From the NCBI GenBank assembly GCA_050013255.1, contig JBEKFP010000002.1, positions 128,001 through 192,000 on the forward strand: a DNA stretch of 64,000 nucleotides, read 5' to 3'. The first letter of the stretch is position 1; the number at the start of each line of letters is the position of its first letter. The translations under genes and the position numbers were made by a program. This DNA comes from Candidatus Bathyarchaeia archaeon. GTDB lineage: Archaea > Thermoproteota > Bathyarchaeia > 40CM-2-53-6. Positions 39,663 through 48,419 of this stretch are shown piece by piece. The notes below the pieces were generated by a model. It had not been told where the DNA came from, ran no database searches, and saw only the letters and a program-made list of their open reading frames with translations.

Positions 39663-40451
39663 GTGGTGAGAGGAACGACCACTCAACGAACGGAAAAAAT
39701 AAGCTTACGGGTTCTACGTGCAAACCCGGCGCAGCAAATCCAACGCCACTACGACATGTTTCAAATCCCGCCAGAACCTGGCATGACCGTGCTCGCTGCT
39801 CTTCTATATGCGAAAGAGCAAATGGATCATTCGCTCGCGATTCGTTTCTCTTGCAGGATGGCTTCTTGCGGCTCATGCGGTATGAAAATAAACGGCCTAC
39901 CAAGATTAGCATGCTACACGCAGGTATCTGATTTCGGGAACTCACCAATTACGGTTGAGCCCCTTGACCACTACCCGCTCGTGCGCGACCTTGTTACAGA
40001 CTTTCACGGTTTCTTTTCGACACACCAGTCAGTGAAGCCATTCCTTGTCAGACGAGATGTCGCAGAGCAAGAGACGTATGAATCGGAATATTCGCAAAGT
40101 CAGCGGGAATTGGACAACTTTCTCCAGTTCTCATACTGCATAAAGTGCGGTCTCTGCAACGCCGCATGCCCCACGGTGGCCACAGACCCACTCTTCACGG
40201 GACCACAAGCGTTAGGCCAAGCATACAGGTACACTGCAGATTCCCGAGATGAAGGCGGAAATGCCCGATTGAATGTCATTGACCAGGAGCACGGGGTTTG
40301 GAGATGCCACTTTGCAGGCGCATGCAGCTTCGTATGTCCAAAGGGCGTAGACCCTGCTCTGGCCATTCAGAGGCTAAGAAGACTCGTGGTCACGCCCTCC
40401 GGAGCAAAGAGAGCGGGCGGACCATTGATGCCAAAACACACAGTGCAGTAG
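39663..40451 (+). CDS. sdhB: Succinate dehydrogenase/fumarate reductase iron-sulfur subunit
   Basis: SCRMASCGSC...LAC, CIKCGLCNAACP and CHFAGACSFVCP. Confidence 0.95.
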   Translation: MVRGTTTQRTEKISLRVLRANPAQQIQRHYDMFQIPPEPGMTVLAALLYAKEQMDHSLAIRFSCRMASCGSCGMKINGLPRLACYTQVSDFGNSPITVEPLDHYPLVRDLVTDFHGFFSTHQSVKPFLVRRDVAEQETYESEYSQSQRELDNFLQFSYCIKCGLCNAACPTVATDPLFTGPQALGQAYRYTADSRDEGGNARLNVIDQEHGVWRCHFAGACSFVCPKGVDPALAIQRLRRLVVTPSGAKRAGGPLMPKHTVQ

Positions 40452-40463
40452 CCGTGAACAGGT

Positions 40464-40640
40464 TTGGGAATTGATTCGGCATTTCTCAAGAAGGACAACA
40501 GGCTCCTCAGCATGAACCTTAAGTGTGCCACATGCGGCACAAAGGTCGAGGTTTTTGTTAACGCGATCTCTTCAGCGGCCGACGTCTGGCCCTTCTGCGC
40601 GAAATGCGGCACCTACGTAGATGTCATTCCCAACGATTGA
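40464..40640 (+). CDS. Small zinc-ribbon protein
   Basis: Not in the ORF track. Translation (M)GIDSAFLKKDNRLLSMNLKCATCGTKVEVFVNAISSAADVWPFCAKCGTYVDVIPND*; starts 12 nt after sdhB; alternative ATG at 40512. Confidence 0.6.
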   Translation: MGIDSAFLKKDNRLLSMNLKCATCGTKVEVFVNAISSAADVWPFCAKCGTYVDVIPND

Positions 40641-40900
40641 TTATTTTCAGAATTTCTATTCTTTCCCGTTCCCCACTTCGCCTTTCGGCCTTCGCTATGA
40701 ATGCTCATGTATTCGAACATAGCCTCCTCTACCCATTTGTCAGGCCTGTAGACCACGACATTACTGCCGCATCCTCCGCAACGCCACTTCACTTTATCTG
40801 GATACAACGGAAAGTTTGAAACAATCAAGTTATCATGCTGGCATGATATGCAAGTCCAACGCATAATCCGTCCATCAGGAGAGATGGCGAAGTTTTCCAT
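40613..40900 (-). CDS. Small zinc-ribbon protein
   Basis: WTCISC...WRCGGCG. Confidence 0.6.
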   Translation of the reverse strand: MENFAISPDGRIMRWTCISCQHDNLIVSNFPLYPDKVKWRCGGCGSNVVVYRPDKWVEEAMFEYMSIHSEGRKAKWGTGKNRNSENNQSLGMTST

Positions 40901-40975
40901 AGCTAATACGGCAACTGAGAGTAACTTTAAGGAAGTGCTGGAAAAGATGTTGAGAGTAGACCGAAAGTAAGTGGA

Positions 40976-42766
40976 GTGTTCCCGAACAAGGCTGGAAGTT
41001 TAGGCTTGGAAGGCATCGACAAATACGAACTTCTATCCGATCTGGCTAAGCGGCGAGGTTTCTTCTGGCCCTCATACGAAATCTATGGTGGCGTAAGCGG
41101 GTATCTTGACCTAGGTCCTTTAGGGGCGAAGCTGAAGAGGCGTATAGAGGACAAGTGGCTGGACCTCTTCGTCTACCAGCACGGATTCGTAGCGATATCC
41201 ACTCCTGTAATAACCCCTGAGAAAGTCTTCGCGGCTTCCGGGCATTTAGAACACTTCAAAGACTTGATGGTCAGTTGCGAGGAATGCAAGAGGCATTTCA
41301 AAGCTGACTACGTTATCACTGAGGCAATGCCCGGGCGGACCGACCTCGCGGTTGAAGCCATGTCAGTAGCAGAGACAGATGCATTCATCGAGGAGAATCA
41401 CATTCGTTGCCCGGAATGCGGCGGAAAGCTGGGCCGAGCGGAATACTTCTCCACCATGTTCAAAACCAATATCGGGCCCTATGGCGATGTACCAGGCTAC
41501 GGTAGGCCAGAGGCCGCGCAAGGAATCTTTGTTGATTTCAAACGCGTCTACGAAACCAGCCGAGAACGGCTACCGCTCGGCATTGCACAGATAGGCACAG
41601 TTATGCGCAATGAAATTTCACCGAGGCAAGGCCCAATAAGGCTACGAGAGTTCACAATTATGGAAATGGAATTTTTCTTCGACCCCGAAGAAAGTGAATG
41701 CAAATACCTGAGTGCTGTAAATGTGGAATTACCGCTCTACCTCGCGAAAACACGCGAGCAACATAGCACCGATCTAACTCGCGTAAACGCCCATGAAGCC
41801 GTAAAACGGGGGTTCGTTCTAACAGAATGGTCCGCCTATTTCATGGCGTTGTCGGTAAAATTTGTGAGTTCACTTGGAATACCGCCGGACAAGCAAAGGT
41901 TCGAAGAAAAGTTACCAGCAGAACGTTCTCACTACTCAAGTCAAACCTTTGACCATCAGATCTGGCTCGACAGGTGGGGCTGGGTGGAAATAGCTGGCCA
42001 CGCATACCGAACAGACTTTGACTTGTCCGCACACACGAAGTCCTCAGGCGTTGACTTGTCAATTTTCAAGCCTTACGCGGCCCCCGTCGAGAAAAAAGCA
42101 ACAGTGATTGTTCCTCTCGAATCAGTTCTAGGCCCGTTGTTGCGGGAGAAAGCGAAGGCGGTGATTAGCGCCTTGATTTCGAGCAAACCAGAAGAAGTGA
42201 AGGCGGCCTTCGAAAAGTCCGGCCACTTTGATGTACAAGGCTTCAAAATCCTGCCGTCACATGTGCGCTTCGAAGAACGTTCATTACGCGAAGCGGGTAG
42301 GAGATTCTTGCCGCACGTTGTCGAACCAAGTTTTGGCGCGGAGAGAGTAGTATACTCAGCTTTGGAATATTCATACAACCGCGTGAAAGATCGCGTGGTT
42401 CTGAAGCTTCCAGTCGACCTTGCTCCCACGCAAATGACCGTATTCCCATTGATGGCGAAAGATGGCCTCGCAGAACTCTCCCAAAGCATAAGGGAGTTCC
42501 TACTCGGGCAGGGATTCGAAGTTGAGTATGATGAAAGCGGAACTATTGGAAGGCGTTACGCCCGGGCCGACGAAGTCGGCGTCCCATTATCAATTACAGT
42601 TGATTATCAGACCAAGGAAAACGGGACAGTTACGCTTAGAGATAGAGATAGCTGGCAACAGGTCCGAATCGAGTGGAGAGCAATACCTGAACTCGGACGA
42701 CAGTTCCTCCGAGGGAAGCTGACTTTCACGGAGCTCGGGACGCCTGTAAAGGTCGCTTACGAGTAA
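40976..42766 (+). CDS. glyS: Glycine--tRNA ligase (archaeal/eukaryotic type)
   Basis: RRGFFWPSYEIYGG, RPEAAQGIF, RNEISPRQG, VVEPSFG and IGRRYARADEVG. Confidence 0.97.
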   Translation: MFPNKAGSLGLEGIDKYELLSDLAKRRGFFWPSYEIYGGVSGYLDLGPLGAKLKRRIEDKWLDLFVYQHGFVAISTPVITPEKVFAASGHLEHFKDLMVSCEECKRHFKADYVITEAMPGRTDLAVEAMSVAETDAFIEENHIRCPECGGKLGRAEYFSTMFKTNIGPYGDVPGYGRPEAAQGIFVDFKRVYETSRERLPLGIAQIGTVMRNEISPRQGPIRLREFTIMEMEFFFDPEESECKYLSAVNVELPLYLAKTREQHSTDLTRVNAHEAVKRGFVLTEWSAYFMALSVKFVSSLGIPPDKQRFEEKLPAERSHYSSQTFDHQIWLDRWGWVEIAGHAYRTDFDLSAHTKSSGVDLSIFKPYAAPVEKKATVIVPLESVLGPLLREKAKAVISALISSKPEEVKAAFEKSGHFDVQGFKILPSHVRFEERSLREAGRRFLPHVVEPSFGAERVVYSALEYSYNRVKDRVVLKLPVDLAPTQMTVFPLMAKDGLAELSQSIREFLLGQGFEVEYDESGTIGRRYARADEVGVPLSITVDYQTKENGTVTLRDRDSWQQVRIEWRAIPELGRQFLRGKLTFTELGTPVKVAYE

Positions 42767-42853
42767 TCCGCCCCCAGGCGATGAAGATTGGGCTATGGTT
42801 TAATTCCTCAACCACTCTATTGGTCATAGGAACCTCGCGGAGATGCAATTAGC

Positions 42854-43513
42854 TTGACCTTTCCAATAGAGAATGAAGCGAACATCAGGCGCAGAATGCT
42901 GGAGCTGTGCCAAACTCATGCGAGGAACGTTGTAGAAATCACTAGGCAATTGGTTGTCCTCCTAGACAACCTGGCAGACAAGAAGCCCAAACTTGCGAAA
43001 GAGAACTACGAGAACATGCTCAAGACTCTGGTGGAGAATGAAAAGAACAAAGCAACGTTCCTTAATGAAGTAGCATCAGTAGGTAGCTTACTCATAAGCA
43101 GGGAAGACTTCCTGCGCCTGCTATTTCGACTTGGCGAAGTGGCAAATTACTGCGAAGCTATGGGCTTCCGGCTGATGGGAGTCGTTGACCTGAAATGGAA
43201 GCTAGACAACAAACGCCTCGAAGAAATATCCCACCTGATGAGTTCGGTACTCAAAGAAATCTCGAAGGTAAGAGAGACTCTTCACTCACTATCATTTGAT
43301 GCCGACAAAGCAGTCGAGACCGGTAAGGCTGTGGAGGATTTGGAGCGCCAGATTGACGCTGAATCACGGCAACTCGATCTAGACCTGATTTCGAGCAAAA
43401 TGCCATTACAAACCTTGCTATTCTTTCGCGACTTGGTAGACCGAGCCGAAAAAATAGCCGACATTGGGGTCGACGTAGTCGACCACATAAGAGTACTCGC
43501 CCTTACGGCATAG
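42854..43513 (+). CDS. DUF47 / PhoU-like helical protein
   Basis: All-helical; REDFLRL, LERQID and DRAEKIAD. Confidence 0.75.
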   Translation: MTFPIENEANIRRRMLELCQTHARNVVEITRQLVVLLDNLADKKPKLAKENYENMLKTLVENEKNKATFLNEVASVGSLLISREDFLRLLFRLGEVANYCEAMGFRLMGVVDLKWKLDNKRLEEISHLMSSVLKEISKVRETLHSLSFDADKAVETGKAVEDLERQIDAESRQLDLDLISSKMPLQTLLFFRDLVDRAEKIADIGVDVVDHIRVLALTA

Positions 43514-44085
43514 TGTCGCGGCAAATGAAGAAAACCATCACCGCTGAATTGATCGGAACTAGGCTCATAGTATGGGACCATAAAGACGGACTGGCAATTT
43601 ACAGGATGGGTTTCTTCGGTAAGCCCGTAGGTATTCCAAAACCTAAGCCTGAGCAGGAGTTCAAAGCGCCTCTGGTGCTCGACCTGATGGAGGCCTTGTA
43701 CCTCCTCGACAAAAAGATAATTCGAGTAGTTAACGTCAAGTCCTCTAAACCCGTAAGCCGTGCTATGCTCCTCGCCCTAGCGAACAAGACCTACAAGCAG
43801 TTCAATCTTGGATACAGCGCCTACGAGAACCTGCGTGCGAAAGGGCTGATAGTTACCCCGGGGATAAGATTCGGGGCGGACTTTGCAATATACGAGCACG
43901 GTCCGGGAATCGACCACGCCCCATTCATTGTTACCGTAAAGAAGGAGGAGGAGACGATGGGCCCCTTCGAGGTTGTCCTTGCAGGCCGCCTCGCAACAAC
44001 CGTCCGCAAACAGTTCACGATTGCGGTACCTAAGAGTCGCGGAAAAAAAGTAGACTACCTTGTCTTCCGGTGGTTCAAGGCCTAG
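43513..44085 (+). CDS. endA: tRNA-splicing endonuclease, catalytic subunit
   Basis: LDLMEALYL, GIRFGADFAIYEHGPGIDHAP and GRLATTVRK (Tyr-His-Lys triad); GKPVGIPKPK loop. Confidence 0.93.
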   Translation: MSRQMKKTITAELIGTRLIVWDHKDGLAIYRMGFFGKPVGIPKPKPEQEFKAPLVLDLMEALYLLDKKIIRVVNVKSSKPVSRAMLLALANKTYKQFNLGYSAYENLRAKGLIVTPGIRFGADFAIYEHGPGIDHAPFIVTVKKEEETMGPFEVVLAGRLATTVRKQFTIAVPKSRGKKVDYLVFRWFKA

Positions 44086-44099
44086 ATCTTTCGGCGAAC

Positions 44100-44975
44100 C
44101 TACTGAATAACCGTAACCATTTCTGCTAGCTTCCTCTCCTGTTTGAAACCAAGCTTCGCGAAAAGCCGCCCAGCAATTTCGTTTTTCTCACCGAACCGAA
44201 CGGTCAAGGTTTGGACGCCCCGCTTAAGCAACCTGTTCATGGCAGTCGCCAACTCAATCGTGGCAAGCCCTCGTGCCCGGTAGAGCGGGTCCGTGAATAG
44301 TTCTGCAACCAGTGCCTCTCGAGGGGAACGAAGTGCTATGAAACAGGCACTTACCACATTTAGGGTTGTACCACTAATCAACGAGGCCTCAGCCGCGTAA
44401 GCGCCGTGCAGACCACTCATAATCTCATGTAACTTTCGTTCCGCGGAGGAAACGGTAGGCAACCTTGGTTCGGCACCTTTCTCGTAGGATTCATGCATCA
44501 ACTTGGCAAGGGCAGGAATGTCTCGATCAGTTGGGCTGACGAGCGGAAGTATAGGCATAAGCTGTGTTTCAATAACTGGCCCTACGAATTTGACTATAAC
44601 CCTCCGTTTTTCAAATCCGTTCTTCTCCAGCCCTTCAGCCATTTCTTCCGGAACCCGTAGGGTGAGCGATTGAATCTTTGCTTTCTTAAGATCGAGTCGA
44701 AGGTTAGAGACAAACGATTCGTAAGAGGTGGGGGGTGCAGGGTAGATTTTGTCAACAATCGCATCCACATCCGAAAGCTGCAAGGTGAAAAGTGCGACCG
44801 GTCTATCCGTGTGTAGGATATTCCATTGCTCATGGGTTTTCCGCAGTTCTGACAGCAATTCTTCTTTGGTAGAGCATTGGGGAAAAGCTTCTTTCGTGGA
44901 TGCTCCATTTTCAAAAATGAATTCCGCTGTTTGACCTAAGATGTCGGATGAGGCTTTCGAGGTTTTCGTGATCAT
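44100..44975 (-). CDS. GNAT family acetyltransferase (tandem domains)
   Basis: TDPLYRARGLA and N..A.RLFAKLGF. Confidence 0.78.
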   Translation of the reverse strand: MITKTSKASSDILGQTAEFIFENGASTKEAFPQCSTKEELLSELRKTHEQWNILHTDRPVALFTLQLSDVDAIVDKIYPAPPTSYESFVSNLRLDLKKAKIQSLTLRVPEEMAEGLEKNGFEKRRVIVKFVGPVIETQLMPILPLVSPTDRDIPALAKLMHESYEKGAEPRLPTVSSAERKLHEIMSGLHGAYAAEASLISGTTLNVVSACFIALRSPREALVAELFTDPLYRARGLATIELATAMNRLLKRGVQTLTVRFGEKNEIAGRLFAKLGFKQERKLAEMVTVIQ

Positions 44976-45029
44976 GATTTATCCCATTAAAGCGAAAAAG
45001 CCCATATTCTGCCCTATATTCAATCTTGT

Positions 45030-45317
45030 GTGGTCCGAATGTATAGAGGGCTTGTCGCATCAGGAGTTATTTTGGCCTTATTCGGTGGCTTTCTGGTTTT
45101 CACGGACCTTTACGTTCCCCTTGGCGTGTCGATCTTCGGCCTGCCCATCGCGATTGTTGGAGTTCTTATGTTGGTTCTGGGGACCTTTCGACCAGAACCG
45201 TTAGGAATAGAACCGGAGCAGGGAAAGAAGTTCTGTTGGTATTGCATGACACAGATTCCCAAAGACGCGAAAGAATGCCCCAGCTGCAGCCTTCCTCAGC
45301 ACGACGCGGTCGACTAA
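45030..45317 (+). CDS. Small membrane protein with C-terminal zinc ribbon
   Basis: Two TM helices followed by CWYC...CPSC. Confidence 0.72.
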   Translation: MVRMYRGLVASGVILALFGGFLVFTDLYVPLGVSIFGLPIAIVGVLMLVLGTFRPEPLGIEPEQGKKFCWYCMTQIPKDAKECPSCSLPQHDAVD

Positions 45318-45655
45318 GCTGTCGGTTGTCCACTGCTCGGCTTTTCCTGCGTGTCGGTTGGTTTTTCTTCGGAGAGTTCAATATGCGCTTGGCCTTCCAT
45401 AATCTTTCGCTGGAGTGCAGTGATTAGTTCGTCAATTGCGACATTATCGAGACCAAGTTGGCTAAGTGATGAGAGAGTTTCATCAGAGAGGGTTGCTCCA
45501 ATATTGGGGCCGCCGTAGCCCTCCATTCCTATCGCATCGAACTTCAGTTTGGTCTTCTTGATTACGAAATGGCCGGAGATGTAGGTCACGCGTCCCTGTT
45601 CGTCCAATTTTTCAATGGAAACCTCAAGGTCCTCGGGAAGTTCTGGCCTGCTCAT
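45314..45655 (-). CDS. Hypothetical protein
   Basis: 113-aa acidic ORF with globular-like composition, filling the gap between neighbours. Confidence 0.65.
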   Translation of the reverse strand: MSRPELPEDLEVSIEKLDEQGRVTYISGHFVIKKTKLKFDAIGMEGYGGPNIGATLSDETLSSLSQLGLDNVAIDELITALQRKIMEGQAHIELSEEKPTDTQEKPSSGQPTA

Positions 45656-45740
45656 GATGGATTCTCACGTTGGACTCATCAGGCTTTAATCTTACCCATA
45701 TACTAGTTTCGGCCGCTGACCCACAGAGAGAAGTCACCAA

Positions 45741-46640
45741 TTGCTCACACACCTCAAGAACATGGTCTCAATAATTGACACCCGAGCACTGGGTACGCCG
45801 ATGGTTGTTGCCGCGTTTCTTGTTACAGGGAAGGAGACAGCATTGGTTGACATGGGCTACCAATCCTCGGCTGAAACAATCATGGGAGACTTGGCTAAGG
45901 ATGGATTTGATCCGGATCACTTGGATTACCTTCTCCCTACGCACGTTCATCTGGACCATAGCGGCTCCCTGGGGACTCTTGCCAAAACATTCACAAACGC
46001 CTCAATTCGTGTCCACCCTAAAGGTGAACGCCACCTAGCTGATCCTTCGACTCTTTGGAAAGGAGCAGGAGAACTTTTCGGCGAAGAACTAATGCGTAAA
46101 TTTGGGCGACCCCAACCTGTCGATCGGAAGCGCTTGAAGAGTGCGGCTGATGGTGACGTGATTGATTTAGGGGACGGGATTCGCCTTCGGACTATTTGGA
46201 CACCGGGCCATGCATCACATCACTTAAGCTATGAACTGGAAGGGCACCGAGCTTTCTTCACAGGTGACGCTGTGGGGGTTTGCTTCCCTGGTTTCCCATT
46301 ATTGACTCCCACAACGCCCCCAACAAGTTTCAACTTAGAGCAGACGTTACAGTCGCTTGAGCTCATAAGGGCAAGTTCTCCTTTAGACTTCTATACCCCT
46401 CATTATGGCTTCGTTGGAAATGCCACGCAATGGATCAATGAGAATGTCGAATCGTTGCACCGCTGGAAGTCGAGCATCAAAGAAATGATGATGAAGGGAT
46501 TTAGTGCCGAGCAGATATCTAACGCCCTCACCGACGATGTGTGTAGCAAGTTGGGTCGGGCCGGAAGCGATGCGCCAGACTATTTTCGCAGCTTGGTTAA
46601 GACCAGCGTTCTGGGATTCCTTCGATACTTCGAAGAATGA
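45741..46640 (+). CDS. Metallo-beta-lactamase fold hydrolase
   Basis: THVHLDHSG, TPGHASHH, FTGDA and TPHYG. Confidence 0.9.
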   Translation: MLTHLKNMVSIIDTRALGTPMVVAAFLVTGKETALVDMGYQSSAETIMGDLAKDGFDPDHLDYLLPTHVHLDHSGSLGTLAKTFTNASIRVHPKGERHLADPSTLWKGAGELFGEELMRKFGRPQPVDRKRLKSAADGDVIDLGDGIRLRTIWTPGHASHHLSYELEGHRAFFTGDAVGVCFPGFPLLTPTTPPTSFNLEQTLQSLELIRASSPLDFYTPHYGFVGNATQWINENVESLHRWKSSIKEMMMKGFSAEQISNALTDDVCSKLGRAGSDAPDYFRSLVKTSVLGFLRYFEE

Positions 46641-46959
46641 TCAAGGCCCAACTTGGCCTCATAATGATACCTCCACAAACGTGGAGATCGGCCGATCCGG
46701 AGTGCACACGTTCAAAATGACCCGCATGGCACGAATTGCCCGAGTAATCTGAGGCAGAACTCCTGGCATGTCTTGGAACCTTTACAAAAGTCGAAGTGTT
46801 TCTTTTGGGTACTAGGTCGTGTAATCTTGGCGTGGTTCCATTAATCTTGGTTAAGACCTGCTATGGAAATTCACAGTTATCCGGAACAACAATTTAGAGT
46901 GATGTTCGCTAAATCGGCATTGAGGCATTTGGGTGAAGGATTCTCGCCGTGGAGCATAA

Positions 46960-48114
46960 ATGACCTTGTTACCCGCATGGAAAGGCACTCTCATCGTATT
47001 CATTATGGTGTTCTCTTTTTTCACAGTTGGAGTCTTTGCGGAAGACCAGAGTCTGGGAAGAGTGCGGATTGCGAGCTTCGTCGGACCAAGACAGGTCGCA
47101 CCGGACACCGCCTTCTCGCTCAGCCTAGATGTCGAGTATGAAGTCCGTGCGGCAACAACTATACGTGCAGCCATATTCGAAGGTTTGCTGAGTGTGGGTG
47201 CTCCCCTTTGGCAGAGTGATAATGCAAGCGTTGCTGGAGGCGGTGACAAGGTCTGGACACTCAATCTTACCGCTCCGTCCGTCGAAGGCACCATTCAGTT
47301 TTCTGCGTATGCATATTATCTTGACAACGGGGTGTGGAAGTTTTACAATGATACTGTTCTGGGTCCAGGATATGGGCAAGTCACGATCAAGGTTTCGCGA
47401 TATGCGACTCTCAAAGTTGACCTAGGAGTACCTGGACTCGCCGTTACTCTAGGAAACTCGTCCGAGATGACAACCCAAGCCGGAGACCTAAATGCCACTT
47501 TACTCGTCGGGATGCCATACCAATTATCAGTTCCGTCCGATCAGGAGTATCAGAACTCAACACGAATCATCTTCAGCGGATGGCAGGATGGAACCAATCA
47601 AACCCAGAGACTCATCTCTCTGACCGGAGATACGCAACTAATCGGTTACTATCGAACACAATACTTGCTCAAAGTAACCTCGTCTCAGTCAGGCTATTCT
47701 TACCAGAAGTGGTATGACGCGGGTTCGAATGCGACCCTTCAAGAGGTTAATTTCGTTCCCACATCATGGCCGTTGGCGCTCTTCGGTGGGAAGTACGTCT
47801 TTTCAGGCTGGTCTGGAGATGTCAATTCTCGTTCCAGTGAAATCTCTTTCACAATGAATTCGCCAAAGACAATCTACGCTAACTTTTCCATTGATTATGG
47901 CCTTTTGATATTTCCAATAATCGTAGCTTTAGGCATCATCGGTGAGATTATCCTCTTAGCCCTAAAACGTCGGAAAAGAACCAAGACAACTCTTGGTCCA
48001 TCAACCGAAAGACCCACATGCCCAAATTGCGGTGAGGACGTAGAGAAAGAATGGGTACACTGTATTCATTGCGGAAACAACCTAGGTCCGTCGGAGGATG
48101 CGGATGCTAAATAG
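46960..48114 (+). CDS. Secreted beta-rich surface protein with C-terminal TM and cytoplasmic zinc ribbon
   Basis: Signal peptide, repeated FSGW motifs, N-glycosylation sequons, TM plus KRRKR, then CPNC...CIHC. Confidence 0.75.
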   Translation: MTLLPAWKGTLIVFIMVFSFFTVGVFAEDQSLGRVRIASFVGPRQVAPDTAFSLSLDVEYEVRAATTIRAAIFEGLLSVGAPLWQSDNASVAGGGDKVWTLNLTAPSVEGTIQFSAYAYYLDNGVWKFYNDTVLGPGYGQVTIKVSRYATLKVDLGVPGLAVTLGNSSEMTTQAGDLNATLLVGMPYQLSVPSDQEYQNSTRIIFSGWQDGTNQTQRLISLTGDTQLIGYYRTQYLLKVTSSQSGYSYQKWYDAGSNATLQEVNFVPTSWPLALFGGKYVFSGWSGDVNSRSSEISFTMNSPKTIYANFSIDYGLLIFPIIVALGIIGEIILLALKRRKRTKTTLGPSTERPTCPNCGEDVEKEWVHCIHCGNNLGPSEDADAK

Positions 48115-48419
48115 CGATGGTTCGTAGCCGAACGGACTTGCTCAAAGTGCCGCCGTTAGCTTAAATGGGTAGTAAGCTCGCCTCCTTTTCATGTGACTCA
48201 TTCAGTTCAGCGCATTTATGTGACAAAGAACCTGCGTGGACCCAGGCGTAATTTAGACAATTAAGTTGACACGTTTCACTGCTTTCATCTCAAGATATAC
48301 GTCAGTTATTAGTCTGAATAGGCGGAGCACACTGAAGTCTTAAGTAATGTATCCGCACGTTACGTACCATCCGCCGAATGAAAAAACTGCCTGAATATGA
48401 ATCAAACTGAGGCACTGTA

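Noticed and set aside
48149-48200. gccgccgttagcttaaatgggtag resembles a tRNA 5' end
   Set aside because: No TTC T-loop, matching acceptor 3' strand or cloverleaf could be built.
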